From positions 27,714,001 to 27,778,000 of the forward strand of contig JAQFVV010000003.1 of assembly GCA_028023455.1 (NCBI GenBank): DNA of 64,000 nucleotides, written 5' to 3'. Numbering within the stretch: position 1 is the stretch's first letter; each line of letters begins with the position of its first letter. A model generated the notes under the pieces. It was not told where the DNA came from, searched no databases, and saw only the letters and a list, made by a program, of their open reading frames with translations. Origin of the DNA: Epiperipatus broadwayi (lineage: Eukaryota > Animalia > Onychophora). This document shows positions 24,415 to 37,099 of the stretch, in pieces. The position numbers were made by a program, and so were the translations under genes.

Positions 24415-27400
24415 CATTTAATAATGACTATACAACAGATAGAAAAGAAAATAAGAACCGTTAGTTAGCTAAAGAAAGTGTGTAAATATTACAGCAAATT
24501 AACGAGTTAGGCTTGAACTCACCTGGCACAATTTTATCTCTGACCTGAAGCAACTGCATTTTTTTTAACATTTTTTTTTTACCTCACTAACTATTGGGAA
24601 ATGAAGCAATGGATCCAGAAGTCCGATCCATGCTTCACAGCCCTCTATAAACTTACTGATATTGTAAACCTGGGTTAAGTTTATATTCAAGTATCAACAG
24701 AGTTTTGCATTAAATATAAAATTAACGTGTTTCATTTTGTATATTCAACGGTCATTAAATTAGCTATTTATGTTAAAATATTCTTTTAAAATAAATTCTG
24801 AGTAAAATTAAATTGTTTATTAAAATTTCTTTTTCAAAATTTATTAATCAAATATATATGTATGGAAGCGAATATATATGATTAAATGCAAAATTTTGTT
24901 GAACTAAAATGTCATTTTATTAAAAGAAATAATAAAATATTTTTCTTTTAATTTTGTTAAAAATATATGGCGTATGATTTTACTTTGAGATATGCATTCC
25001 TAAAGTAATGGCATTTTCTATTAGTATTTCATTCAAGGCAAATTAAAGATGGCCTTTTTAATAAATCAAATTCAAAGTTAAAATCAAAATTTGATAATAA
25101 GAAATTAAAGTTTATTTTTAGCAAAAAGTTACTTTGAAACAAAGGAGCGTAGGGGGCTTATCAAGATCTAGAATCATATACAAAACAATAGAAAAGAATC
25201 TCCAGAAAGGTATAAAAGGTGGGGAGACCAAAAGACTTGATTATTGAGATTTTGTGCTTTAAGTGAGTCAGATTTTGTTCTTGAAATGAGTCAGATTATT
25301 GAGATTTTGTGCTTTAAGTGAGTCAGATTTTGTTCTTGAAATGAGTCAGATTTTGTTCTAGAAAGTCATTCAGATTTTGTTCTTGAAGAAACTCTTCTGA
25401 AATTTGCCTAGATTTGATTCTAAAATTATTTTATTCAGAGATTGACTCTGAACATATTTCTAAACGTGTTACTGAAGTAATTTTGAAAATGTACTTGGCT
25501 GCTGCTCGTCAGCTCTTTTGAAGAGTTCTACTACTTACCTTTGCTGCTTCTGTTACGGTGACCAAGTTTAATGATTCTCCGAGGTTGCACTGAAAATAAA
25601 TGCTGAAAACCACTGTGTCCTAGTTTTGTGGAGAATTCCTGTTCTAATTTAGACATGCGACCTTTTAAAAGTTCTATTAATTTGGTGGACATGACCATGT
25701 ATGGCAGCTAAGCTCATTAGCTTTACCTGCTGTCAGGATCCTCATCCATCAAAATCCCATAAATTGTCATGTATCTAATAAAAACCGAGCTGTGTGTGCA
25801 CCCTTCGTGTTAAAATGCTTCTTATTTCACATCTCTTTGTCTGGACAAATAACTCCATGTATGTAATCAAGCCACGGATGGCGAGGGAACTGGACCAACT
25901 AAACAAGGACTGGTAACTTTTAATGATCTCATGAACTATTAATTTTCTTTTTAATATAAGCACCTTTCTTTAAATGTTTCATTAATCTCTTATACATCAT
26001 AATGTAATTCTTTTTCTCTTAATATTAGATTTATATTTATTTTAATCTATTTTATGCTTAAATTTTTCCCCTTCGCTATTCCTCATTTTAATATGATGTA
26101 TATATTCTTCTGGTTTCCTTATGCGGTTTAAATTATTTCTTTATTTGAAAATATTTCCAACTTAAAATGAATATTTAAGTTTCCTTTTGTTTGCCAATTC
26201 AATCTCCTCGATAACGCTGATTTTGTTCGTATTCATTCCACCGTTAAATATTAGTTATTTAAAGGAACCTTTAAATATTTTAAATTATTTATAAAGCATA
26301 AAGCAACTAGAATGCTTTGTGCAATAGTTATTTCAATTTTGCTTTATCAAGGGGACACGAGTTTATCAATTTATTTAAATTGGAAAAGTAATACCTAGGC
26401 TGTAGAATATTATGTAATTGCAACCGCCTCATTGTGAAAATTATTCATCAGTGATCAGTTGGGGAATAGTGGAGATATTTAAAACATTTATAATATTTTA
26501 AACTACATTTATTAAAGTATCATTTAAAACAAAAGCTTTAGTCTTATAATTTTCTTTAAACCTTTTATGTTAATTGTCCGATGATCCAAGCATGCACAAA
26601 CACTTAACTCATGTTATATTATATGGACATTTAACTTGTTTTGGTTTTTTAAGTATTCTAGTCCATTGTCTCTCCCTGATGCTAAGCTTGGGCCAGGGTT
26701 ATAAAATAATTTATGCGTGTCTCGGATATGTAGTTGGTTCGTGGTTAGACTCAAAAATAGATGAATAGGATAGAGGCCATAGTATTCTTGATTTTTATAT
26801 CTTGTGTATGAGTGGCCTTGAGGTACTTTCACCTAGTCTTCAACCTGGGTTAAACCAATATACATCATTTGACTGGCATAATAAGAAGATAGAATTGAAT
26901 AGAGCAATAGATAAATTAAAAAAGAAAAAAAAAGAAATTTTGCTAATATAACAGTTGAAAATGGAAGATATGTCATGGTTGATTTAAAAGAAAATTTTAA
27001 TAAGATTATAAATGATAATAAATTCCATAATTTATAAATTATTTGCAAATATATTAATGGATAAAATTAGGATATGAATGGAAGAGAGATTAGTTTCTTA
27101 CAATATAGTTAGGAGATAGTTTATTTTGCACATTTAGATATAGGAAAGGCTTATGAATGATTAGAAAGGAATAGATTGTGGAAAAATCTTTAAAAATTTA
27201 AATAGAATTGGGATTGCTAAAAATGATTAAGTCTTTACAAAAATTAGTTTTATAAATACTAATTAGTATTAAAGAAACAGTGAAGTTAAATATGAAATTG
27301 GATTGAAAGAGAGAAATCCATTATCACCTTTATTAGTTGATTTAGATTTGAATGTTATATATGGAGATGAGGATTCTTATAATTGGAATCAGGAGAGTAT

Positions 27401-27895
27401 ATAATATGGCAATATTCTTCTTTTGTCAATATAGTATTTTTTGAAAATATCATAAAAAATAGTTATTAAAGAATTATAGAAAGTTAGAAAAAAGTATGAA
27501 AATTAAATTCAAGGAAGAAAAATCTAAGTTCCTAGTATTTAATGGAAAGTATAAACTGAAGATTGAAAAATAGTATATTTATCTTGAAGAAATGGAGGAA
27601 ACTAGGTATTTAGGCATTTTTTAAAACAGGAAAATAAATTATACAGATAGTTGGAAATTAAAGTATAGAGGAAAAAAATCAAAAAATAAAATGGATTTGA
27701 TTAAAAATCTGGCATGTTTTTCATATAATAAATACAAGATGTGTAATATTTGAAATACGGGCATTCTTCATATACCTAGAGCTTAATTGTAAATATAGGG
27801 GATTCGAATCCAGACTTTCAAGCATCCTTCAACTATCCACACTATATTATACCACTGATACACATGACCACACACATATAGAAAAGATAAATAAT

Positions 27896-27941
27896 CACTA
27901 ATATACGCATTTCATGCTGATCCAGAACTCATCAATTGGTC
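27896..27941 (-). ncRNA. Minimal type I hammerhead ribozyme motif (core C3>U)
   Basis: Minus strand: gaccaa TTGATGA gttctg gat cagcat GAAA tgcgtata ttagtg. Confidence 0.65.
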
Positions 27942-27963
27942 AGTTATGGGAGATGATGATCTG

Positions 27964-28009
27964 GACCAACTGATGAGTGCTGGTTCAGCACAAAATGCAT
28001 ACATTGGTT
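27964..28009 (+). ncRNA. Minimal type I hammerhead ribozyme motif (GAAA>AAAA)
   Basis: gaccaa CTGATGA gtgctg-gtt-cagcac AAAA tgcataca ttggtt; perfect 6-bp stem II and stem I accaa/ttggt. Confidence 0.72.
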
Positions 28010-29479
28010 ATTATTTATCTTTTCTACATGTGTGTGGTCATGTGTAGTGGTACGAGATAGTGTGGATAGTTGAAGGGTGCTCGAAAATCTGTGTTCAAAT
28101 CCCCTATATTTACAAATATAAGATGTGTAATTTAGGTGGAAAGGAGTACTAGAGTCTGCTTCAACATTTGGAAATAAAGAACTTTAATCTAGTCATGGAA
28201 TTCATAAATTTTTAATTAGAATACAAAATTAAGTTAACAAATATGGGTAATGAATTGTCAGTAAATGATGCTATTCAAAAAGAAATGGAGTGGGTTTATT
28301 TTTTTAAATGAGAGAAGTTAAAAATAAATTAAAAGTCGCAACATATGAGTGAAAATAAATTAATACAACTAGAAAGTGTTTAATTAGTTTATGTTAGAGA
28401 AAATAACGAATACATTACACACAAAAAAAATTGACAATATGTAAAGTTAATGTAGAATTTATTTTCATTTATTTATACTAGAAATGCGATGAATATATAA
28501 TAATGCATTGCAGATATATAATTAAGAAAGCCGAGAAAAGAGTGGATAAATTAGTTAAAGAAATAGAATTATGGAAAGTAAATAAGAATAAATAGTTTGG
28601 AATTTTATAAGAGTAAAAAATATATAAAATGTGAAAAGATGTATATTAAGACTAAAATAAGTTTATTAATATTTGGTATGACGACAGGAGCTTTAAATAT
28701 TAAGGGGGAGGGGGCAAAATTAGAATAAGAATTTGGCCTATAGATGTAATTTGTGTAAAGAGGTGAGACAAATCTTTGAAAATATATTTTTGGAATATGA
28801 GATATCAAAATAAAATTCATGATAAATTGTATGGAGAGCAGAAACAATTTAAATGTGAAGAGAAAAAAGGAATAGAAGGGCAATATAATGATAGAATAAT
28901 TATGATAATGTAATAATTTTTATTAAAATGGAAGAAAAGAAATGAAAAAAAAAAAGTCTGAAAGAATGATTTGGTGAAAAGGACTATGGAATAAATGAAT
29001 TTATTGCAATATGTAATGATTTCGGAGGAAGTGTTTATGCTTAACTCAACAACAGGATTTCTAATCATATAGTCTACATATTGAAATTTCTGACTTCTCT
29101 AAGAAGAAGTCATTTTACATCACATTCAGAATTGTTTTTTCTAATTAAAAGATTATAAAATTAAATTAATAAAAGAATAAAACCCCAGCTTTTTGTTAAA
29201 GTTAAAACCATAAATTAAGAGTAATAAATAAAACAACAATAATATAATTTTTAAAAATCAGTATTTATTGTAAAGGGATATATCCCTTACAATTTATTGA
29301 TATTTTATATCAAATCAAAGTAAAAAACAGGATTAAAGACAAATAGATTTTTTTCTGAAGAAAATAATAGATTGGTAATTGTGAATTAGTAGGTTAATAA
29401 TTACAATCACCTTGGTCAGATTATTAATATAGACATATATGGATTAAATTAATCACCAAATTAAACTTAGATGGAGTGC

Positions 29480-29790
29480 TTTTGGTAGAAATAACTTACT
29501 ATTAAAAGGAAATATGCCTATAATTTGAAAAGGATTTTCGATAGATATGCTTTACCTGTTCTCATTTATGGATCTGAGACTTGAACACTCAACAAAAAAG
29601 CAATTCAGAGACTTCAGACTACTCCATAAATTATGGAGATATGTATGTAAGGAGTGACAAAAAAAAGGTATTACTGACATCATTGAAAGAATTAAGAAAC
29701 TGAAATGAAACTGAGTTAGATATATTGCTAGAAGAGATAATAATAGACATACAAAATAAATATATGCAATAATGTATGGCACAAAGCTTT
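29480..29790 (+). mobile_element. RTE-clade LINE C-terminal fragment
   Basis: YGSETxTLNKKAIQRLQTT and ITDIIERIKKLKxNxVRYIARRDNNRHTK, typical of the RTE C-terminal region. Confidence 0.75.
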
Positions 29791-31192
29791 AATGAATAGT
29801 TTAACTTAATATGCTTAGCTAGCTTTTGCCTGGGGTCAATTATAGACCTAGAAATGGTTGTAGTGGGGAGAGAAGGATATATGTATATTGTTCATGCTAA
29901 TTTACATTTAATGTACATGTTGTATTATGATTGGTGAGTAAGCCATTTTTTGGGAAGGGGAATGCAAGATCCCTCTTATTAATGGTGTATTAGTCTTTAT
30001 ACATGTGTCATGCTTTTTTAATTTTTCACTTGGCATTGTTGCACTCAGTGCATACAATGTTGACAAAGAAGAGAATGATGACATGGCCAGTTGTAGAAAA
30101 ATGGTAAAAAAAAATTGAATGAGATATCGAAATCGGTTTTAGCTTTGTTATAGAGATAAATTTGAATGTGAGTAGAGATGTTAGCCCAAGATTCATTATA
30201 GTAAATGGAGGAGTAGGTGGGATTGTAGCATGTGATTTTATACATGATCTAGGAGTGGAGATCAGTTGGCAAAGTATCTTTGAGTTATTAAGTAAGCATT
30301 GGAGAGGAAGGAAGATGTGTAGAGCTATTTGATGGATGGGAGTGATAATTATAGAGATGCAGTGGGTTATGTTATGTATATAGGGGAGGGAAATCCAAGA
30401 ATTCAAGTTAGTGGTGGGGGGTATTGTATTTTGTGGTAAAACTTTTCAATGGTCTGTAGGAGAACTGGATCCCTATATTTCATACTCGCAACTCCAATAC
30501 GTAAGTGCTATTATCTTTCCTGTATGATTTGAACTTATATAACACTTGAAACCTCAGATTTATTTTCCCTATATACCTAACATAACCTACTGCATCTCTA
30601 AAATTTTCATTCTCACCCATCAAATAGCTCTACACACTTCCCCTCCTCTACAATCCTTACTTAACAACTCAAAGGACACTTTGTCAACTAATCTCCACTC
30701 CCAAATCATGCACAAAATTAAATGCTATAACCCTACCTGCCCTCCATTTACTATGGTAAATCTCAGTCTAATCTCTACTTACATTGCTCAACACACTTAT
30801 CCCTATAACAAAGCTAAAAACAATTCTGATACTCATTACATTTTTCTATAAGTGGCCATGCCTTCATTCCCTCATCTGTCAACATTGTATGCACTGAGTG
30901 CAATGACAACAAGAAAAGAATTAAGGAAGCATGGCACATATCTAAAAACAAATATGCCATTAATAAGAAAGAATCAAGCATTACCCTTTTTAAAAAAATG
31001 TCCTACTCACCCATAATAATGCAAAAGTAAATTAAATGTAAATTAGCATGAGCAATATATATACATCCTCCTCTACCCACTATAACCATTGCTACATTTA
31101 TGACTGATACTAGTCAAAAGCTAGCTAAGCACATTAAGTTAAACTATTCATTAAAGTTTTGCTCCATAAGTTTTTTGCATATATGTACTTTG
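29750..31192. repeat. ~1.44-kb foldback (arms about 29750-30420 and 30530-31192, ~110-bp spacer)
   Basis: e.g. atgaatagtttaacttaatatgcttagctagc vs gctagctaagcacattaagttaaactattcat; gcactcagtgcatacaatgttgac vs gtcaacattgtatgcactgagtgc; mirror ORFs 30026-30406(-) and 30546-30851(+). Confidence 0.9.
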
Positions 31193-32193
31193 TTGCATTG
31201 TATTTCAGATGAATCTCATATTACCTTTATTACATAATATACAGTCAAACCTTTAACTAGATCCTAAGAGATTATAAAAAACTGGAAGGAAACCACATAT
31301 AGGATGGATGGTTAAATAAGAAAGTTTGCTAGTTTGTTGCAGGTGAGAGAGACTAAGGATAGGAGAAATGGGATTAAACTTAGAAAGATCTTCATCCTGC
31401 AGTGAATTGATAATGTTTGGATATGAATGTTTTCATATATATTGTAATTATTGATATTATTTTATTTGATTGATAAATTATTTTTATTCAACATCAAAAA
31501 AGTTACTGATTTTTGTAAATATTACTAATATATAGATATGTGTATTTTATATTGCAGATGCAAAATGTAATCAATTTGGAAATATGTACATAATGTATCC
31601 AATGAAAAGTTAATTAGTTATCTATTCAAACTGCTGCAGAACCATCTCAGAATCAATACTGAAACATTTGAAATGATTGTGTTTTCAAATGATTGCAAGA
31701 TTTTATGATGACTGAAAGAACATTGAAGATGATCTATGAAGGTACAATCACACTGTCACATTTCATACCATATCCCTTAATCCAGACACACTAGTGCTGT
31801 AAAATTTTTTATGATGAACAGCTAAACTATGTCACTTTGTAAAACACATATTAATTCAAAGATAGCACATCAGGCAGTTTGGAGAGAGAACCAATCACCT
31901 TTTTACTGGGATAATCTTCATATGTCTATATAGATAAAATACATAATTTTTAAATATATATCTATGCATATATACATGCGAGTACATTATATCACTAATT
32001 TGTTTAATTGTTAAGCAATTAAATTTATAAGGATTAGCAACATTAATAAAACCAATGTAAATTTTAAAAATGTAAAAAATAATATATTATTTTAATATTT
32101 AGAGATTTGGAATAAAAATTTAAATTTAATTCCATAGATAATGATGTCTTGTTACATATTGGAATTGAACTCATATATAATTTTTTTATTCAG

Positions 32194-32343
32194 GAAGCAA
32201 AGCTATTCCATTATTATGGAAGTTTTTAGAACTTTTCCCAACACCAGAAGTGACTAGAAATGCTGATTTACAGAAACTAGCTGAATTATTTCATCCATTA
32301 GGATTGCACCAACTTCGTGCTGAAATGATTATTAAATTTTCAG
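32194..32343 (+). CDS. MBD4: MBD4-like glycosylase, internal exon (150 nt, phase 1-1)
   Basis: tttttttattcag|GA AGC… translates (G)SKAIPLLWKFLELFPTPEVTRNADLQKLAELFHPLGLHQLRAEMIIKFS(D)|gtaaat, matching human MBD4 [51 protein letters not shown]. Confidence 0.94.
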
Positions 32344-32408
32344 GTAAATATTTATTACATATCAATGTAGACGTATATATATATGAAAATAAATACATAC
32401 CTATATAC

Positions 32409-33286
32409 CAGTGGTCTTCAACCACCGGGCCACGGCCCGGTACCGGGCCGCAGAAGCTGTCTGTCAGTCCGCAGCTAGACTGCGAGAAAGCTTATAATAA
32501 CAAAATAATAAGATTTTAAATTTTTAATTAATATGAACAATTTTTATTTATTTTTTCATCACATTTATTTAAAAAAAAGAAACAGAACAAAAATACCACA
32601 AAATCTAATCAATCATGCATAAATTAATTTGTTTTTCTATTTATCACAGATGTTTATGGGGGGGGGGGGTAGAAAGTTTTTTATTACACAAACTCCAGTT
32701 GTCTTTTGATAGCCAATCACGGCTGCTTGTCAGCGTTGTTAAAACAATAAAATGTAACGTGACTTTTTTTGATCTCTTAAATTTTTTCTACTCTCTCTTT
32801 TAATATTTCATTTTTAGTGTTTTTTTTTTTTTTGGCTATAAGGCTTATTACCTTTTTTTAAAAATAAAAACCAAAAAATAAGTTCTGTTTCTAACTTTTG
32901 CAAAGTATTTGTCAATACACCCCACCACCCCAAAATATAGTAAGATCAAAACTTTTGACTTTTTCAAGTTTCGTTTTTTTTTTTTTTTTGTTTAAAAATA
33001 CGCCCACTTTTTTTTGGCCTATAAAGCAATATTTTTTTAGGCTTTATTTGTATACCATTAAAATACTAAAACTTTTATTTTTAAAACCAATTTCTGTTAC
33101 CTTTTTTTAAAAATAAAAACAAACAAAAGATAACTTTGGTGTCTATCTTTTGTCTCAGTGTTGACAACGTATTTCTCAAACCCCCCCCACCCCCAAATAA
33201 AAATTTATCTGTAAACTTCTGCTGGACCGCGAAATCTTATCCTTACTTTTACCGGTCCGCAGGTGTGAAAAGGTTGAAGACCTCTG
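32409..33286. mobile_element. hAT-superfamily MITE (878 bp)
   Basis: TIRs CAGTGGTCTTCAACC / GGTTGAAGACCTCTG; perfect 8-bp TSD CTATATAC (32401-32408, 33287-33294); GC-rich ccggtccgc-type subterminal motifs. Confidence 0.93.
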
Positions 33287-33949
33287 CTATATACAGTAGT
33301 TTAATTAGCTGACCAGGTATTTTAAAAGACTTAAAGAGTTAAAATTGTGAGTAGTAAATTCAGGACTATTTTTCATAATAGCCATTATAGCCATCTAAGA
33401 TTGATCAATCTAAAATTCTCATCAATTGGTAGTTAACTTCTCTGATAAAGTGTAGTTCTCACTTTTCAAAATTTATGAAGTAATAGTGGAATAGGATTTA
33501 TCGTATAATGCTATTTAAAGTTATAACTTTATGAGGATCATCAACCTTCATTCACAATGATAGATTCGTCATCAGTATTTACTGTTGTTTTTTTTTAAAT
33601 TTATAATAAAAACTTCATTAATAACATAACTATTTACAATTTATAAAAAAATATTTACAATTTATACAAGTAGTTAAACAAATAATAACCAAAACACAAA
33701 GAAATTGAAATATTTCACTATTAAGACAAAAAGGCTACAGGCCATTAAACAGTTAATTCCTACTCAAGGAGGTTGACGTATAACAGTGTAATGGAAGGAG
33801 ACTCTTAAGACATCAAGCAAATGCAACTCAAAAGGGTGAAGCATGTAACAAAATGTTTGATTAGCCCAAGGAATAAGCGACCTAGTAGAATTCTAACTTT
33901 TACTCAAAACGTTTATCTGATAATCTCACATAGAGTTATTCTGGGGCCA

Positions 33950-36900
33950 CCCCAGATTCGAGTCATTATCTTCCGAGGTAAGTATCTCTGACATTGATTG
34001 AAATAAGTTTTTCAATTACTGTAGAGTTTTCTCAGCCAGTTGAATTTCTTATTGTCAAATATCATAGTATGTCTTATATACCATATTGTCTTAAGGATAT
34101 GCATAGTTACCATTGCATTAGGTGGGTTAAATTTCTTAAAGTATTGACTAAATGAAAGTTTTAAGTTGATAATTGGTCTGTGTAACACTCTAGCTCTTAT
34201 GTGTCCAAATGCTGAACATTCTTCGAATAGATGCTGGAAAGTTTCATCATCAGATTTGCGTAGTAGACATATCGGATCCAAGTTCATACATAGCCTTTCA
34301 TTTAGAACCTTAGCTGTTGGAAACAAGCCATTCATCAGTTTGAAAACAAATTTCAAGTAGGATTGAGGTGCATATATAGAGTGGAACTTTTTCAACACAC
34401 TTTATATATATATATATATCCAACTATGCATTATCATGGCTTTTAAAATGATTCATTAAGTCTTTATATTTAATACCTTCCAAACTGGGCAAATTCAGAT
34501 CATCCTGGAGATCCCTATAAGCGATGAACAGGTTGTGTTATAAAAGATCTTCCCTTACATCCAACAAAAGGTCCAAGAAATTGACTTTTAAATAAGTTAA
34601 TAAATGTACTTGCCTTGATGTAAGATATATATAGCCCAGGATCAATCAGGCCAAGACCTCACTTTTCTATTGGCATTTGCAAGGTTGATATTGGGATCCA
34701 TCTTGAAGTTCTACACCAGACATATTTCTTTGCAATCTGGTTTATTCGGAGTATTGTTTTGTTATGTAAGGATACCCAGGGTGCATAGAATGCCAAAATC
34801 CCTGAAACAATGGAATTAAAAATTTATGCTCTTGTAATTTCATATAATTTAAGTGAAGAAAATTTACTTATTTTATCCTCAATTTTTGTAATAATTAATT
34901 TATTTAAATAAGAGTTCATCTTTGACTTGGACATATATAATGTTATGCCCAAGAAAGCAGATAGGAGAGCCATAAAGTTAGATGGCATTTTTTTACCAGT
35001 AGCTAACTTCCAGGATGCAGATTTTATGGGTTGAGTAACTGAACCGGTTTCAGCCTGAAAATTTTCTAAGATATTCATCACAACTTGGATATTATAGCTG
35101 TTTTGAAATATTATAATAATATCATCAATGAAAGCTGTAACACCTACCTGTAATCCCAAGTGCAGAAGATAAAGGCCGGGAACGAGGTTCTTAATCTTAC
35201 GAATGAGGGGATCAATATACACTGCAAATAGAAGAGCTGCCAAGGGAGGACCCCGTGGAATACCCCTCTTAGGGATAAAAAATTCAGATCTTCTCATAAA
35301 GTTTTTAAGAGAGATTCTACTATTTTTAATATAATTTTCAACTGCATTTACCAACCATATGTGATCCGGGATTAAAAGGCGGAGGGACTGAATCAAGTAT
35401 GGCCAATTGACCATGTTAAATGCAGCCCTAAAATCTATTTGAATAGCATAATATTGGGTTAAGTTTAAATCCCTGGCATATTTAATAGCCTCATGAATTT
35501 TTAAGGCTGCATTTACTGCACGTCTACCCTTAATGGCATGGTGAGCAGAAGATATTCTAGTATTGATAAGGTGATGTAATTTCTTCAAGAGAATTCTAAC
35601 CAAAATCTTCGAGTCAATATCTTCTACGGAGATATGTCTCAATTCATCAATTGATGGACTTTGCACTGATTTGTCTTTTTTGAGGCTAAAAATTACTCTG
35701 TTGCTCATAAAGGGCCACTCAATTCTCTCATAACACAACTGGTTAAAAAATCTCCACATTGCAAATCTGAGAGCATAGTTTAGCTGTTTATAAACAGAGA
35801 TTGGGAATGTGTCATTCGCCATTATTGTTGTCCCTTGAGGATATTAATCTCATCCTGATTAGAAATATACTCTTTCTGTTCCCCAGTTACGATACTACTG
35901 AATTGATCAATGAAACCTGTGCTTACACCAAATTTCATTTTTAACTTTTCAAATATATAATTATCAACATAGATTCCAGAGGCAGTGCTGCCATCATAGT
36001 TTAACATGGGTTTTGATACTTTATTCAAGTTAGGAATTAATTTCCTGAGCCAAATTGATATAAGTTGTTGTATTCTTCTTGTAAATTATTTATTAATTGA
36101 TGATTAGGTCTGAGGTTAGTAATATTGCATAAAACTCTCTGAATTTCAGAGATTCTATTTTTCATTTGATTCATTGATAAAGTATTCTGTTCATTCTTGT
36201 AACATATTCTAGAGAGATTTTTTTAATTTTAAACCAAGCAATACAGAGTGGTAAGCCTGAACATTTTGTATAATAATTAATGATAGTTAAGATAACTGAT
36301 AATTGGTCAATCGAGGATAGAACACCATCTTTTATGTTTTTGCTAATAGAAAATCTATACTGATTTTTGATTTGACTATAATTATCAAGTACTAACTTTA
36401 CACAGAGGTGATCTGAAAAACCATCCAGCAATGTATTGATCTTTGACTCATTGAGCTTATTCCCAGACACAAAGAAAAGGTCTATAAGAGAAGAGAATCT
36501 GCTATTGAAGAAAGTATATGCATTATCTGGATATTTTTCATGCAATGGATACAGTGAAATTTCATTCATTTTATTTTGTAATGCACTAGGAAGAGATCGG
36601 AATGTACAATTAAGGTCACCACCCAGTATTATAATCCCTGGTTTTTGTAAGAATCTATTCTGAACATTATGGATTATATTTATAATATTATTACTCTTAG
36701 CTACAGAATATGCAGCAATCAGATAGTGCAAGTCAACCTGATAAACAAAGGAAAGCACAATATAGTTTGTTTGTAAAGACAATAACTGATTTTTTTAAAT
36801 TTCAGAATGCATATATATTAACACAGCTGCACCTTGGGCAGGTCTATTAATAGGTTTAAAAAGTAAAATATTCTGTTGAGATAATTTATCAATAATATAA

Positions 36901-37088
36901 CCTGGTGTATTATGATTAATTTTAGTCTCAGTTAAAATTACAATTTCATATTTTTCTTGAGATAAATAGTCAACAATTTTATCAACTTTACCTGGGCTAT
37001 TTAAACCTTTAATATTAAGAGTTAATATATTGAGGGATTTGTTCATAATTACTGGAATTAATTGATCCTTTATCCACAGAAATATCAT
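33950..37088 (-). pseudogene. LINE ORF2 (APE endonuclease, reverse transcriptase, C-terminal zinc finger), frameshifted
   Basis: LNILTLNIKGLN…VILTETK; IILGGDLNC…SLIDLFFV…FSDHLCV; AIQIDFRAAFNMVNW; RGIPRGPPLAALLFAVYIDPL; TAFIDDII; DPICLL…DETFQHLFEEC. Confidence 0.9.
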
Positions 37089-37099
37089 TTATAGTTTCA

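Larger units (their letters stand above)
18326..26880 (+). mobile_element. LTR-gag-LTR element, family X (~2.26-kb LTRs at 18326-20584 and 24602-26880; no pol)
   Basis: Long direct repeats starting t(g/t)aagc(a/c)atggatcc and ending ggcata. tRNA-Lys PBS TGGCGCCCAATGTGGTCC at 20603-20620. gag ORFs 23274-24414. Purine run TGGGAAAA before 24602. No TSD found. Confidence 0.75.
27748..28113 (-). mobile_element. Palindromic non-autonomous element with two inverted hammerhead motifs and tRNA-like boxes; 18-bp TSD
   Basis: Arms about 27797-27944 and 27961-28115 are inverted. TSD aaatacaagatgtgtaat (27730-27747) / aaatataagatgtgtaat (28114-28131). Removing the insert restores the host LINE sequence. 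Confidence 0.8.
26881..29080 (+). mobile_element. Decayed non-LTR retrotransposon, RT and C-terminal part (probably the continuation of 15500-16545)
   Basis: EIELNRAIDKLKKK (RT N-terminus), KYEIGLKERNPLSPLLV, GVLESASTF, SLLIFGMTTGAL; many stops. Confidence 0.6.

Noticed and set aside
29826-29862. Hammerhead-like cctg-gggtc…gacc-ta-gaaa in the foldback arm
   Set aside because: The CUGANGA core is missing and the mirror arm does not keep the stem.
32250-32519. ORF as a complete gene
   Set aside because: Only 32250-32343 is MBD4 exon; the rest is read-through into the intron and hAT MITE. The same applies to ORF 52065-52316.
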